From: Dipteris shenzhenensis
Taxonomy: Eukaryota
Direction: 5' to 3' (one strand)
Assembly: GCA_047967505.1 (NCBI GenBank)
Contig: CM106538.1
Length of the DNA: 64,000 bases
In this document: in pieces, positions 25,572 to 39,419 of the stretch
How positions within the stretch are numbered: the first letter of the stretch is position 1
Layout: each line of letters starts with the position of its first letter
Notes under the pieces: generated by a model
Database searches by the model: none
What the model was told of the DNA's origin: nothing
The model's input: the letters and a program-made list of their open reading frames with translations, nothing else
Program-made: the position numbers and the translations under genes

Positions 25572-28241
25572 TGGTGGTGGAGGAGGAGCGATGGAGAGTG
25601 ATGGAGCCTCCCTCTCGCCCGTATAGCCCCAACCTACCTCGCTTTCCTACTCGCAGCCTCCCGCGTTCCTGCTCCGTTATCCTTTGTCCCAGCTCTGTAC
25701 ATCCCCATCCCTTTCCAACCTGCAACCATACCTTTCCAGCCTACATCTGTACCCTGCTCATCTTCATCCATGCCTTTCCTGCACTCGACTATACCCTCTT
25801 TGCATTCCATATAGACTGTACGAACGTCCATACAGTCCCAGCCTCAAGTCACCTCTGATTTCTATACATCCCCTCTGCATAGTCTCCATACAGTTTGATT
25901 ATGCTCCTTTTGTGCAATTTGTACCTCTTCTGGAGCAGCCCTCTTCGTCTTGCTCTTTCCTTGATGCCTCTTCTTCCCCTTTCCTGTTGCTTCGACAGAT
26001 GCCTCGTTTGTGTTCTCTGCTTTAACTCCTCTTTTTGCCTCTGCTCCCACATGTGTTTTCATTTAGAGGAAGAGAGGTGCTTTGCTTCCTTCGTGCTCTT
26101 TCAAATCGGCCAAGTTGGATGTTGCAGATGGACCTTCTTCTCCTCGCTAGTTGGATCTTTTTCGCCATATGTGTGCTGCCTCTGTTACAGAAGTTCCTTC
26201 TTTGGGTTCTCCTTTGGTTTGTTCTTTGGACTCTACCTTTGTGATCTTTGGTCTTCGATAGGCTCAGCAGCTTGGGATTTGTCTCTACTTTAAATATAGG
26301 CCCCAAATCCAAAAAACTTTTTTTGTTCACTTTCACTATCATCCAAATTAAAGATTTTTTTAATGATATATTCTAAATATTTGAGATTTTCTAATAATAA
26401 TTGGTAAATAATTAAAATATTCTATAATGTTTATTTTTTTCATGCACTCAACCCCCTAGCTATGGGACTGCCTATAATGTTAAAGTTTTTTTGTGCGCTC
26501 AACCCCCTAGGTATGCAACTACCTTTAAGAACTGTTAATGATATTGTTTCCAAATAAATGAGATTTTTTAATGAGAATGTGAGGAGAATGTTGAGAATGA
26601 TGACAATTTTTGTATATCTACCCCCTTAGTTATATAACCTCCCTAAAGGATAACTGAGCGTTTTTTACATTATACTTAATAACAAACGCCCTCTCCTCCT
26701 TCGTTTATACATGCTCACCCCCTAACATAACCCTTGACCACTCCTCAAACTAACCCTAACCCTTACATGTACTCACTTAACCCCTTAACTGGATCCATAT
26801 AAACCCCTAGATCGTAAAAACCCCTTTAAAATGTTTCTTTTCCACGGCCCACGACCATGCTTGTGTTTGAGCAGCGTGGATGCTCTTGTAACGGATCTCT
26901 TTTTAAGAAAATCAACCTTCTAGTCGATTGCTACTAACAACTCACCTCTTGGTAGATTCCTACAAAGTTCCTATTGACCTCTTTTGCATGCTTTTAAATC
27001 TATTGACCTCTTCCACATTAGCTGTTTTGCACTGCCATTCTTTTACCGCCATGCACCATTCAAGGGAACACTTCTATCTTCTTGCTATTGCTCACGCTCT
27101 CTTCCTTCGTTGTTTTTTACCACCTCGCTCTTCTCAAGGTCTCATTTTTGAGAGATTTTTCTCGGCAACACAGCACCTTGTTTCCGGGCAACATAACCTC
27201 TTCTTATAATAGTGCTCCTTAGCTCCTTTTGGGCTCGCCTCCATAGCTACCTCCATAGCTCTTTTCGAGTTATGTAGGCGAGCGAAGTGCTTGCAGTGGG
27301 ATTGTTCCACACACTCAATGGGATTGCCTAAGCTTAGGCGGCTCTCACTTGGAGTTATGTGTGCTCTAAGTAGTTTATTCATGGCATTGACTCTATTTAG
27401 CAGCTCGACTCTCTGCTAAGATGTAGGTTTTTGTTCCTGGTACTCTCTCTTGGTTCCTTGTACAGAAATCAGCTAGCTGTGCCTTTTATTGTGCTGAGTT
27501 TTTCTGCCCCCTTAGTCTGATTCCATGTCTACTTTTAGACGGTTTGATTGCTCTAATTCACAGTTGACAGCACAACTGTGTCCACTTTAACTCCTTTTTC
27601 CTTTCTTGCTTGCCATCCTCTACTAAAGCACCCATCACAGCGATGCTCTTGTTTCTTGGCTCACTTGTTTTGTATAATTTTTTATAGCTTAATTTTTATG
27701 CTTTCTATTTATATATTTATATATATAGAAAGATAGAGAGATTTAGACTTTTCCCTCTATTTTATGAAATCGTGGTTCCTCTTGATTTATGTAATGTTGA
27801 CTTTATATACAAATATATATGATATATATATATAGTATTTACATTTTGTCCATTTCATTAAGCTTATTTATGTAGATAAGAAAGCTTTTACTTATTTTTT
27901 TAACCCTTTAATTTGCTCTTTAAAACTTTATATTATGGTTTTTTATTTCTTTTAATGTTGTCTATTTTGGTTACATGTTTTGACTCTTTATGGTTAATTA
28001 GTTGCTTCAATCAATTAATTGCCACTAATACTTATAGAAATTCTTAAGAAAATTGGTTTAATTTCCCTTTAAAAGAAATCTTTGTCTAAATTGCCTTTGT
28101 TGTACAATGATGGGTGAGGATTACACCCCCCATTTTTATTTACTTTTTTCTAAAAAGGGGGTGGATTTTTTGCTCTAGAAATTCCCAATCAAGCAATTTA
28201 TGTGCATTTTGCTTCTCTAACCTTTTTTTAACCTAGTTTAC

Positions 28242-28274
28242 CATTAGGGGAGAATTGGGGTCTCAAAAGGGCCT
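28242..28274 (+). repeat. Putative transposon terminus CATTAGGGGAGAATTGGGGTCTCAAAAGGGCCT
   Basis: 32/33 identical to 60466-60498; diverged same-length version at 22847-22879. Confidence 0.6.
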
Positions 28275-28449
28275 CATAAGGAATGGATTAGTCCTAATGA
28301 AAGGGCCAAGGTAGGTCCCAAAAAGTCCTAACCCCCCCTCACGTAGGTGGGTTAAGCCCACAAGTGACCCCACCTCTTACACAACTCTTACTCCTAGGTG
28401 GGAACCAAAAATTTCAGAATTCAAAAATCCAAAATTCAAAATTTGAATT

Positions 28450-28950
28450 CCCTCCCTCCTTCTTTCTCCTCCCTCCCTCCCTCCCCCTCCTCCTTCCCCC
28501 TCCCTCGCTCCCCCTCCTCACTCCCTCCTCCCCCTCCCTCCTCCTCCCCCTCCCTCCCTCCCTCCTCCCCCTCCCCTCTCCTCCCCTCCCCCTCCTCACT
28601 CCCTCCTCCCCCTTCCTCCTCCTCCCCCTCCCTCCCTTCCTCCTCCACACCTGCTCCTTCTACCCTCCCCCTCCCTCCCTCCCCCATGCCTGCTCCTCCT
28701 GCCCTCCCCCTCCCTCCTCTTCCACTGTTGTTCCTCCTCCCCCCTCCCTCTTGCTCCTCCCTCCTCCCTCCTCCCTCCTCCCTCCTTCCTCCTCCATGCC
28801 TACTCCTCCTCACCTGCTGGTCTGCCCCCCTTTCCTCCTCTCTAACTATTGGTCCTCCCACCTCCATCCCTCCTCCTCCTCGCCCTCCCTCTTCTTGCAT
28901 GTTGCTCCTTTAAGCCTCCATCTCCACACCTTCTCCTTCTCTACACTCCT
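28450..28950. repeat. C/T-rich low-complexity leader
   Basis: Near-continuous CCT/CCCT runs upstream of the transposase-like ORF. Confidence 0.9.
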
Positions 28951-28956
28951 TTAGTC

Positions 28957-31353
28957 ATGGCACCATTTGAGGACGTCTCCAACAAGTACCAAGTTCACTT
29001 AGAGTTGGAGGCTGAATATGCAAGCACACATAGTCTAGGATTGATGGGAGCTTCCAAAATCCACAGTCTTCATTCACAAGGAAAGAAGCATCTCGACCTT
29101 TGGGTAGAAGGATCCTTGTATCCTTTAGATCCTGCCAACCAAAAGAGCCCTCCTTTCCATACAATGCATGAGCTAGTTCGGTTTGTTGGAAATGGACATG
29201 CGAGGTTGCTTGGTTATTGCAATCGGTTAAACAATGCTCAGTCAATGGCTATGCAAGCAAGCGAGATGCGCAGAGCCCAAGCAGAGATGCTAGCACATTT
29301 AGGAAATAGCACCATTGTTGCAATGCATAACTCTATGCAGGTCAAAGGGAGAATCCTTATGATAAAGCCAAAGGATTGGGACATAAATTAGAAGAGTCAC
29401 TCTGTAAGCTAGCTGAGTGCAAAAAAGGCTTGGAAAGATCTATATACAATCAAGTACGATGAGCCGTAGAGAAGGCAGAAGAATGAGTGTAAAAGATGAA
29501 AGAAACACCTTTGGGACTGAAGGAGAGGAAAAGAAGGTACTTGCATAACATGGATGCATTGGCACCCACTGGTGGTGCTAGAAAGAGGAGAGTCTAGGCT
29601 ACAAGGTTGGTTATCAAATGTTCCAATGAGATTACACTCTTTTGTGCTACACTGTTTGTGACAAAGTTTCGATTGTGTTCTTCTTTAGGAACTTCATGGA
29701 AGATGTGATGGGAAGAACAGACAGGGATGATATTGATTGTTATATGCTCTAGCTAGTTTATTAAAGTCAAGCGATGTCATTGGGATACTAAGGGACCCAA
29801 TACACAAGCGCCTACATGTGCAAGTTGCTGAGGAGGTGATGAAGGACTTCAAGGATATTGTGGATACAAAGGAGATGCTTGCAGCTTGTGATACTACCGG
29901 TGTAAGTCGTGAAGCTTACACATCTGTTTTCAAAATTTTCAAGTCTACTATTTTGGGAAAGTATAAGAAGTCTACAGTGCCCCTACCCACACCTTGGTCT
30001 GTGAGATGTGCACGGTGAGAAACAAACCAATGTGCAAGTGAAATGCTTGGAGGGTACCATTGCATAAGGGGCATAATGACTTGGAAGAGTAAAAAGAAAT
30101 CTGGCTTGCAAACCTTTGAGATGAATGCTTTCAACAATGTCTACTTAGATGTTGAGAAACTGCAACAAGCAATGGTCAAAGTCTATGGCATGAGAGAAGA
30201 TGGTAAGAGGAAATCCATTATAGCATTGCACTTTACTTAGTTCATTTACTATATCATGTTTATCCTAATGATTTTTCTCTTTTGTTGTACAGATTGCAAT
30301 GGAAAGCTCATATTTGCCATCAAAATGGATGAAGCTCAATTGGTGAAAGAACACAAGTTAGAGAGAGTCAGCATCTACATTATGAATAAAGCCTTAGCCT
30401 TTGTTGAAGGGGATGAAGAAGTAGAGAAAGATTTCTCAGTGCAATCAGAGAAAGATATATGGTGGCTTGCAGCATTTGAGACTCCGAAAGAGTGCCATGA
30501 GACATTGAAGTGGGTTCTAGATAGAACAAGATTCCCATCAACCATCCGAAGACAAGAGGAAGGGCAAACATTGACAGCCGATGGCCATGAAACCTTTCAA
30601 GTTGAATGACATCGTGCTGGTGATTTGAAAACCCTCAAGTGCTTGCATGGTTGTGATACAGGGGCAAATGCAATGAATACATGCCTTTATTGCATGTGTT
30701 TGCAATGTAAGCAAAAGGCTGGCTTACAATGGGAGAATGGCATTCTATCTTGTAGCCAAATGCAAGCTCTGAATTGCGACAAGAAGGATCCAAAGTGGGA
30801 TCCCATCTTGCCCATCCCACTTGAGAGAGTACATATATGTACTTTACATGCAGAACTGCACGTACTTGATAAGTTGTTGTATTTGCATCTTGTTTATGCT
30901 TGGAATTTAATTCCGCAAGAAGTATCCACACGGTGCATTGTAGAAGCTGAGAAGTTGTTATCAGAAATGGGGTTCCATGGAGGACATGTCAAACTTAAGG
31001 AGGATAAGAAAATGTCTGGTGTAACACAGAATCTTCCTGCAAAAGTGTCCATGGGTGGAGGGAAGGCAAGGAGATTCCTATCGAACCATAATCTCGACAA
31101 ACATCCATTGTCTCAAAGTAGTTTGGGTTGGGAATACTAGAAAGAATTGTGTGAATGCACGACCAATAAGGCTTCTCATCCTCAAGTAGCAACTTTGAGA
31201 GCTAAAGTATGGACAAAGGTAGATGCATTGATAAAATTGCTTCACCAGGTTCAAATCGATGAGATGTATTATGAAAGGTTCAAGATGGCTGTGAAAGAGT
31301 TTATGCAATTAATGGTGAAAGCATGGGGGGAGTCGCACATTATGCATTACATG
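28957..31353 (+). pseudogene. RAG1-core/Transib-like DDE transposase, spliced and disrupted
   Basis: Exons about 28957-29605, 29689-30202 and 30293-31353 with phase-compatible GT-AG introns. Motifs IKMDE, QSEKDIWWLAAFETPKECHETL, AGDLKTL, CLYC, ICTLHAE, MGGGKARRFL and HYM(H) occur in RAG1 order. In-frame stops at 30016, 30607 and 31138 among others. Confidence 0.72.
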
Positions 31354-31759
31354 GTAATCTTGGCACCATCGTAATGGGTCTAACCACCAACAGAAGCTAT
31401 GGTGTAATTGTATACAAATATGAAATAAATATATTGCTGATTTTGACCACAATTTGTGTACTCACTCTTTAATATCTTGCTTATTTTGACCACAATTTTT
31501 GTCGATAGCACATGACAATGCCTTGCACTTCAGCAGCTCCAAAGGAGCTTAGGGAGAAAATTTGCCGTGAAAGACCACGATATGCTCTTCGACTTTGCCA
31601 AGGTAATGGGCCAAAGAATGATCTCGCCCAAATGTGCTGCAAACATTACCCCATCAAGATGAGAATTCATCAAGCTCGAATGCATCGTGCAACAATTCAA
31701 CAAACATTAGAAGACCGACAAAACAAATTATACTAAAAGAACATCAAAATAAAAAATAT

Positions 31760-34700
31760 TGTTTGAACTTACCACTATAGCATCGTTGGCTTCTATCCCT
31801 TGAGCTTCCTCATTGCTTTGCCTAATGCTTTGGCTTGCATCCTCGTGATGACTTGTAGTGGCACTGTGGCCACATGATGGCCCTATTCAGTGCTAAGCAG
31901 ATTAGGCTGGTGCTCTTTCATGGGATGATTGGGGTGGTTGGTCTCCTCATGGGATAGTCTTGGAATAGATGCTCGGTTCCACACCCCATACATAAGGGGG
32001 TGGGGTTGGTCATGGTTGGGGCAGTGGGGTACGATCCCTATATGGACAGTCCTTCAAGAAGTGTGGGCCCTAGCATTTGAAACAGGACACTAGAGGGTTT
32101 GAAGTACCTCGGTAGGGGAATTCAATTGCTCTATGGGGACCATGGTAGGTGTAACATTGGAGTGGGGGTGTCCAAGCAATTGAGTTTAGGTCTCTCGCCC
32201 TTGCATTCATAGGGGCGTTCTAGAATATGGGAACTTGTTGATCCATTGGTGGGAGGTATTGGATCAGGGTGCCACTTCCCTCCTCATAGGGGTAGTAATC
32301 ATGAGGTCCATGATTAGGATCCGCCGTCTCCTCCCAGTCGTTGGGCACTTCTTCTACCAACACTTGATTGACTGGGACTATATGGGTTAATGGGGGTTGC
32401 GGACCCAATATGGGTGGTGGTAATGGAGATGGCTATGTTTTTTACTAGCTAGAACTAGCCAGAGGGCCACCTTGAGAGATCTGGGGGTTAGGCAGGGCCG
32501 TTAGGCCTAATGGGGGTCTCATTTGATACATGGTTGGGGAAGGGACCTCGAAAATTGACATTGGGAGGTATCATGATTTCCCCACCTATGGCAATGTGCG
32601 TAGTAGAGTGTTGGACTTGCCCTTAGGTGTGAGCATTCATTGGAGGGGTGGTTGCCTTTGCATACCCCACACTAGACATTGTCTCTTCGTGGAAACAAGT
32701 GGGGGTTGCTCGGCACCTCCTTAGAGGTTCCTGTCCTAACTAGCTATTTCTGAGGGGGATCTGGGGCTTTATCCAAATTCACCTTGTCCATCATGTTGTC
32801 ACATATACGGATGGCCACCTTGCTGCATAGATCAAAGGAAGTAGGGTTCATCACCATGAGGTGGTCGTGCAGCTTTGGGTCTGACAATCTGATAAGGAAA
32901 CGAGGCAATAGTCATTCGTCGCTCATCCGCTTGTATGGTTCATAGCAGGAATTGAGGTGCTTGATCCTAGCAATGTAATCCCTTAGGGATTCCGTATCGT
33001 TCTGCTTTACACCATACAATTGGTTGATCGGGCTCCATTTATGGCCGTTGGGGGCGAACCCCATAATAAAGGCCTTTCTCAATGTCTCCCAATTAATCTT
33101 TTCTTTTGGGGTGAGAGCCCTATACCATTGGCTTGCTTGCCATCTAGGTTGAGGCCAAACACATTGGCCATCTCTAGGTCTTGGGGAGCGCCAAAGGCTT
33201 CACAAATTTATTGAAACTACTCCACGTGGGAGACCGGGTCTCCTTCTCCAAGGAACTTGGTCATTAGCTTGGAGATGGCTATGGGTTGGCTCCTCAAGGG
33301 ATTCGCAATCCCTACCAGGAACACTGGGGTGGGTGGAGGTGTCGTGGCCCCCCTTCCAAGGGCATTCACCAAGATACACATTGCCTCATCAGTCAACACC
33401 GTGGGGATGAGTTCACCACACCGACAACAGGGTAGCAGAATAGCATCGAACACACATTTAATTGGGGTGACGGGTTAGTCTGTGGTCAGAAAGTTAGGTC
33501 GATGGGATAGCTCTATGGCACCAGGGTTTGACTAGCGAGATACGACTAATGCATCGATCGGTGTGATATTTGGTTAGCAGGATAGCTCTATGGCATCGAC
33601 TGGGTGGGATAGCAAGACACATTGTCACCGAATTTTTTTTGTGGAATTTTTGCACGGTTTGAGTTTTTGTCCTAGATTTGTTATGCTAGCGGGGTACTAC
33701 ACTACCTAGTTCACTTATACAATGAAAAAAACTTGAAGAAAAAACACTTTTTGGAAGCAAAAATGCAAAATTTCATGAAGGGTGAGTTCTAAAACACAAA
33801 ACAACTTCAAGATTTAGAAAGAATCAACATTTTGGTTGTTTTTTTATGGGATTGGACCTCACACATTCCTTAGCAATCACACCCACTATGTACCTATCAA
33901 CTTAAAACACCAAAAAGCATAAAAAACAAGCTCCCAATGCTCCAAAATGACTTTCCAACAAGAAAAAATAGTTTTCCTACTTTTTCATCCACACTCTCAC
34001 TTCCTCCCTCTCTTTTCTCCTACAACTCCAATAACAAGCTCCAAGTTAAGCTTGAAGACTTGTGCAATGGGTAGATATAGAAGGGAAACAAATGCAAATG
34101 CAAAAGCATATCTTTTCTCCCTGGTAGTGGCACCAAAAATGTTGTGGGTCTTGGTGGTGACTCATGTGTCATGGGGATGTTGAAGATATGCCGATGGAGC
34201 CTCCACTCCAAGCTAGTCCTTGTGGGAGCAATGCATAGCATGAGTAGTTCGCAAGTGTCACTTGAGCGACCTTCGGATTGTTGCAATGTGTCTCCATGCA
34301 AGGAAGAGGGAAGGGAAAGAGAGGAGAGGATAGGGAGGAAGGGAAGGAGACGGAGAAGAGAAGAGGAAGAAGAAGGAAAGAGGAGAGTCAAGGGGGATGG
34401 AGTGGTAGACACAAGGGCACTACAATGGAAACAAGGGAACACCCAAAACACTCTCTTGGCAGAGAAGAGGGAGTTTGTATTTAATTTTGTGCAATCCTTT
34501 TTAGCACTCTCCTTCTCTTTACAACCAAAGACTCTTGGGCCCGTAGGGTGCAAGGTATATTACTATTCTTTCCATCTCTCCTTATTGGCAGAAACAACAC
34601 TTGTGTTAACCATATTAAAGTGCTTGGAACAAACTTGGCATTAGGACGTGGTCCTAACCACTTCCAAAATAGTGCTTGTATTAGCCTCATGTCTCCTAGG

Positions 34701-35188
34701 CTTAGGTGATTTGGGGCTCAAAATCCCTGAGTGCCCTCATGCCTTAAACCATTTGTGGCTCAAATCCCATGCCTGAGGCTCAAAAGCTAGAGTGGCGAGG
34801 ATTAAGTTCTGTGAGACACTCCACGAAAACCCTGCACATTGCTTGGAATCTTTTGCTTCGAAATATCTGGGGATCAAACTCCTTGAGTTTGAGTTGCACT
34901 CCTTTCATGGATATTTTCATTGGCATGGCTATTTTCATGGACATAGACTTGAATGTGCACGTTGCCTACAATGTTTGGTCTTGGTGTTAGCTGGAACATA
35001 CAACCTGTGCCTGGAATCCTTGGACTTTGGGTATTTGGGGATCAAACTCCTTGAGTTTAAGCTATACTTCTTCCATGTGCACATTTCTTGCTATCACTAG
35101 CTCGTCCATTGAAGTAGATCATGTGGCTTGATCACCTCTAATCATTGATTATCTTGCATTTGGCCGTTGTACTCTATGGATGTTAACA
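31760..35188 (-). mobile_element. Decayed Ty3/gypsy 5' portion: long LTR (about 33623-35188) plus gag
   Basis: Minus-strand fragments KFLGEGDPVSHVE and KQNDTESLRDYIARIKHLN (retrotransposon gag-like), and CFKC*GPHFLKDCP knuckle at about 32040-32085. TG...CA bounded segment 33623-35188; no canonical PBS seen. Confidence 0.65.
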
Positions 35189-36455
35189 CGTGCACTCACA
35201 TGCTTTTGCTTAGACACATTGTCAATTGCATGAATAATTGTGCCGCATACTTTTATTCCACACTCTCAAAGCATGTGTAAAAATAAGATCACTCACAAAC
35301 ACACACAAATGTCATACCTGCATGCCAACTAATCTAATGATCAATGGTACACTATATGCACATGGATACAGATTCAGAAATAATGCCGCCACTAAAGAGG
35401 ATGCACAGAAAGAGCCCACCACCTCAACCACAAGACCCCCTCTAGAGTTCGCAGCCATCTACCTCCTCTCAACCACGGTGTGCATTTTTGGTTCAGATAG
35501 ATAGCTCTGAATAGAATTCTTTTTGCATGACATGGAAACCCAAGAAGAACAAATGCCACCCTAGTCACCACCGGCCCACACACATCCATTGATGGGGCCT
35601 AGTCATTGGAACTTGTGTAGCCACCTACATTGACTTATGCTCTTTCCAATACAACAACATTTTTTTTAGAGCAAAGGGGTCTGGGCAGTTTGTATGAGAG
35701 CCTAAAATCCTTGGAATATAGTCCTACAATGACCACATACATTAGGGACTTTCTCCATTCTTACCACTCCAGCAATGCATAGGTTGGCAAGTATGGAACC
35801 ATCACTATACATCAAAGCCCACTCAACATTATCCTTGACAATACAGTCATTCAAAGGGCCTTCTCACTCCCAATACAAGTTGCCAAATACCTACAAGGCC
35901 TGCTAATGCTAAATTTCTCGAAGTACAGCCTCTCCTTGCTAAGGGCACAATGTTCCATAGGGACAGCATATTACTTCGTACCATCATTAACCCTCGCCTC
36001 AAGGAAGTAGCACAATTCTTATCCACAATCTTGGGGGTTGAGTTAGGCAAGAATCCATCCCTTCCACTCTGCACATTTGTTTTTTGAGTAGGAAACTAAA
36101 GCAATACTAGATCTAACACTTAGTCATCTTCTTCATAAAAAAATTGGATGGTTCATCAGGCCAAAAATGTAAATTTCCACACTTATTGGATGTAATCATA
36201 AAAAAGGAGCTACAAGAATGAGAAATGACTCTGCCCCAATAACCAAAACCTATTGATGAGTTGGACATTCCCATATCACCAGCATGGGAGCCGTCACCAA
36301 CTTCTCCTCCTATAGCATTGGCAAATGCGGATACCTCAGAAGAAATGCCTATTCTAGAGGTCAAAATTGAGGAATTGCCCCACAAGATGCTACAACTCGG
36401 TGCATAACTGCAACCAATATATCTCCAACAATAGCAACAGCCAGAGCTTTCAGCA

Positions 36456-36690
36456 CTAGAGCTTGAGGGCAGGCACCAGCATCGCCCATCGATGCCATGC
36501 CAATCCATGAGCCACAAGGAGAGCTAGTGCTAGATCAACAGTATGACTAATGTATCCAAGTGCCGATGTAGTCTGAAGCTAGAGCTTGAGGCTACATCGG
36601 CACCAGCACCACCCATCGATGCCATGCCAGTCCATGAGCCACAAGGAGAGCTAGTGCTAGATCAATAGTATGACTACTGTATCGAAGTGA
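36456..36690. repeat. About 125-bp tandem duplication
   Basis: CTAGAGCTTGAGG...CCATGAGCCACAAGGAGAGCTAGTGCTAGATCAA...AAGTG occurs twice. Confidence 0.85.
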
Positions 36691-39037
36691 TTGAAATACC
36701 ATTGGAACAACTCCCAACAAGTACCACAAAATCATTAGGATAGTACATGGACACCAATTATATCAGTAGTATCGCCAGTCCTCATCACCATCTATCATTC
36801 TCGATCATCAAGCTAGGCAAATGATCCAAATATCCAAACTATTCACTAGCTTGGCCAAGGAGGAACATGCACAAGAATTGGACAGATAGACTGCAACAAC
36901 AATCGAAGACCAATTCTAGGAAATCGCCAAAGAGGTCAAGCCACTTCGGGCACAAATATATGAGAAGGAGGTTGAAGAAGTGCGCATGAACCAAGTTCTC
37001 CAAGCTCAAGAGCAGGCAGTGATGGATGTGACCTGCAACCTTCACCAAAGCCAAATACAGCTGACAGTAGTAGCAGTACAACAAGCTACGACAATCCTAT
37101 AGACCTACTATAACTCCTTGGCCTCCGCACATGCTTAGTAAATGGAGGCACTAGCACAAGCTCGACTCACTCTAATCCACAAATAAGAAGAGTTCCAGGA
37201 TTGCTAAGACAAGCTTGAACACATGCAATAGTCTTTGGCAATATGCACATTCAGCATTGAAGAGCTTACAAGGGACTACAGAATCTTACAGGACCAACTT
37301 GCTACCACTAAAGAGGCCAACACTTCACTAGCACAAGTCTTAAACCAATGGTCCAATAACACTGAAGTCATTCCTCAACAAGTGCATGCCACCATGCAAA
37401 TGAGAAAGCTTAAGGAGGCATATACATCCATATACCATAAATATAAAGAGAAAATGGATGAGATGCAATCCCAAAAGATGATCATCTCCAAGCTTGAACT
37501 CCAATTGCTAGTGCACAACAATGAGGCAATGGAAGACAACACCAATGAAGTCCCACTCCAATGCACAATGGTGGTATACCAAGAGTTTGTGGCCACTCTA
37601 TAAGAGGAAGACCACCTCAACGCATGAGTGCTTATCCAATGGAAGCAACTCCAAATAAGAATCCCATTGCACTAGCAAAAAGAAGTGTCGGAAGATGATA
37701 GGGCCTATCTCCAACTTCCCATATCTAACCACTCTCTCTGCCAACTTCACAACCTCACTTCCCCTTGCTGCTACCACCATCTTGACCTTCCCTGAGCTCC
37801 ATCCTAACATCTATTCCCTTTATCTTCTCTTTGCTCATGGCTCTCACCATTTTCAACTAACCCAACAGTCACAAACTTACGAGCCTCTCACATCTAGCTT
37901 CTTCCCTTCCCTTGCTGATCCTACCCTCGAGGATTACCAAGCTGCTCAAATCATTTGAGTAGTTCTTCCCCCCCTCCCTCTGCTCCCCCTACCACAACTA
38001 ACACTCTTCCATATTTCTCCCCCATGTCCCCAGATTCTCTCCCTGTCTCATCATCACCTCTGACACTACTTGTGCTACCATCAGTAGAAAATGACACAGT
38101 ATTTGATTTTGAATATCAGGATCTGGATAATCCAATTCGCACTCCCATGTCGAATTCCAATGATGGGTGTGATTTTGATGAGGTACCACTTCTTAGTAAC
38201 CCCATCAAGGAATTTTGGAGCAAATATCTTGATATGAATAATCAAGAAACTTCGTCAGCATCAAATTAGTGAAGATTGGATAAGTAAGTTGGATCCCCAA
38301 CCTGATTGGCACCGTCCCAAGCTCTTTGATGTAATCTTTTTGAAAGAATACTTGCATGCACCTACATTCTCAGAACCAATCCCAAGTTCTATGTAGTTCC
38401 ACGACATCACAAATGGGAAGCCAACATACACATTTTAGGTGAAGATCGCACCATTAATTGGCCAATGATCGAACCATACTCTAGTGTAGGGCACACTGAT
38501 CCAAGCACTTCAGTAGCATGAGCAAATAATGCATGGCAACATTGACCGCTTCCTTCGCCAAAGTGCTATCTTGTGCAAAACATTGGAATACATTCTAGAG
38601 GTCTCTAGCCACCTCAACTGCCATTTGCCTCCACTCACTTTCAATACCAATGAATGGATTGATGCCCAGATTACAAGCCGACTCTATTAAAGAGTAATCT
38701 TCTTAGAAGCACGCCACATATCTCTATTCAAAAAAATGGTGGATACAGGTTATCTGGAAACTTGAGCAAAAATTGTATGGTGCCAAGACTTTACAGTAGG
38801 ATCAACTAGCATGACACAAGTTCCATAGCCACTGGATTTCATGCATGGCATCCTAGCTACGTGATCACAATAAGCCATAACCCGAGGATGGGTAATAAAA
38901 TGGATCCAGGAGTATGTTGTCTCTCTGGCAACATGGACTTAGGTACTACAGAATGTGTGTGTAGAGTAGTGGTGGAAAAGCTTCACTTGTACTTGCATAA
39001 GGCTAGGAATAATCTCTCTTAGGAATCCTCAACAAGA

Positions 39038-39258
39038 AAGTCCTACTTGCAACTCCTACATGCAAGTCCTACATGTGATTCCTACATGCATGTTCTACAA
39101 GCAAGTTTTACATGCAAGTCCTACATGCAATTCCTACATGCATGTTCTACATGTGAGTTCTACATGCAACTCCTACATGTAAATTGCAACTGCTACATGC
39201 AAATTCTATATGCAAGTTCTACATGTAGAGAGAGAATGTCTTATAATTCCTACATGCA
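39038..39258. repeat. 13-bp minisatellite (AAGTCCTACATGC-like), about 15 copies
   Basis: Contiguous degenerate units with no unique spacers. Confidence 0.9.
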
Positions 39259-39419
39259 GAGAAAGAAGCTCTCTAACTTGTATAAATACACCATAATTGA
39301 ATGAAGCCCACACTCTTTGGGGCATTGTGTTGAGTTCTACTTTGGTATTCCAAGCAATTGTCTCAAGTGTCCATGCTTCCTTGCACTCCATGTCCAAAAG
39401 CATGTCCTAACCTTGCAAC

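Noticed and set aside
28364-28954. Pro/Ser/Leu-rich and Gly/Glu-rich ORFs
   Set aside because: Artefacts of CT-rich low-complexity DNA that lacks stops in most frames.
22847-31511. RAG2-like kelch/PHD gene or canonical RSS near the transposase
   Set aside because: No kelch repeats, PHD finger or canonical CACAGTG-spacer-ACAAAAACC signal recognisable.
31512-31736. CQGNG as the RAG1 SEGNE catalytic-Glu motif
   Set aside because: No Glu, the second Zn-ligand His is missing, and spacing from the HYMH motif is off; probably unrelated sequence.
31513-33627. TGACAATG/CATTGTCA 8-bp inverted repeat as element ends
   Set aside because: Too short, no TSD, and the right copy coincides with an LTR boundary.
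39038-39258. Short repeated units resembling a CRISPR array
   Set aside because: Contiguous 13-bp degenerate units, no unique spacers, no cas genes, eukaryotic context.
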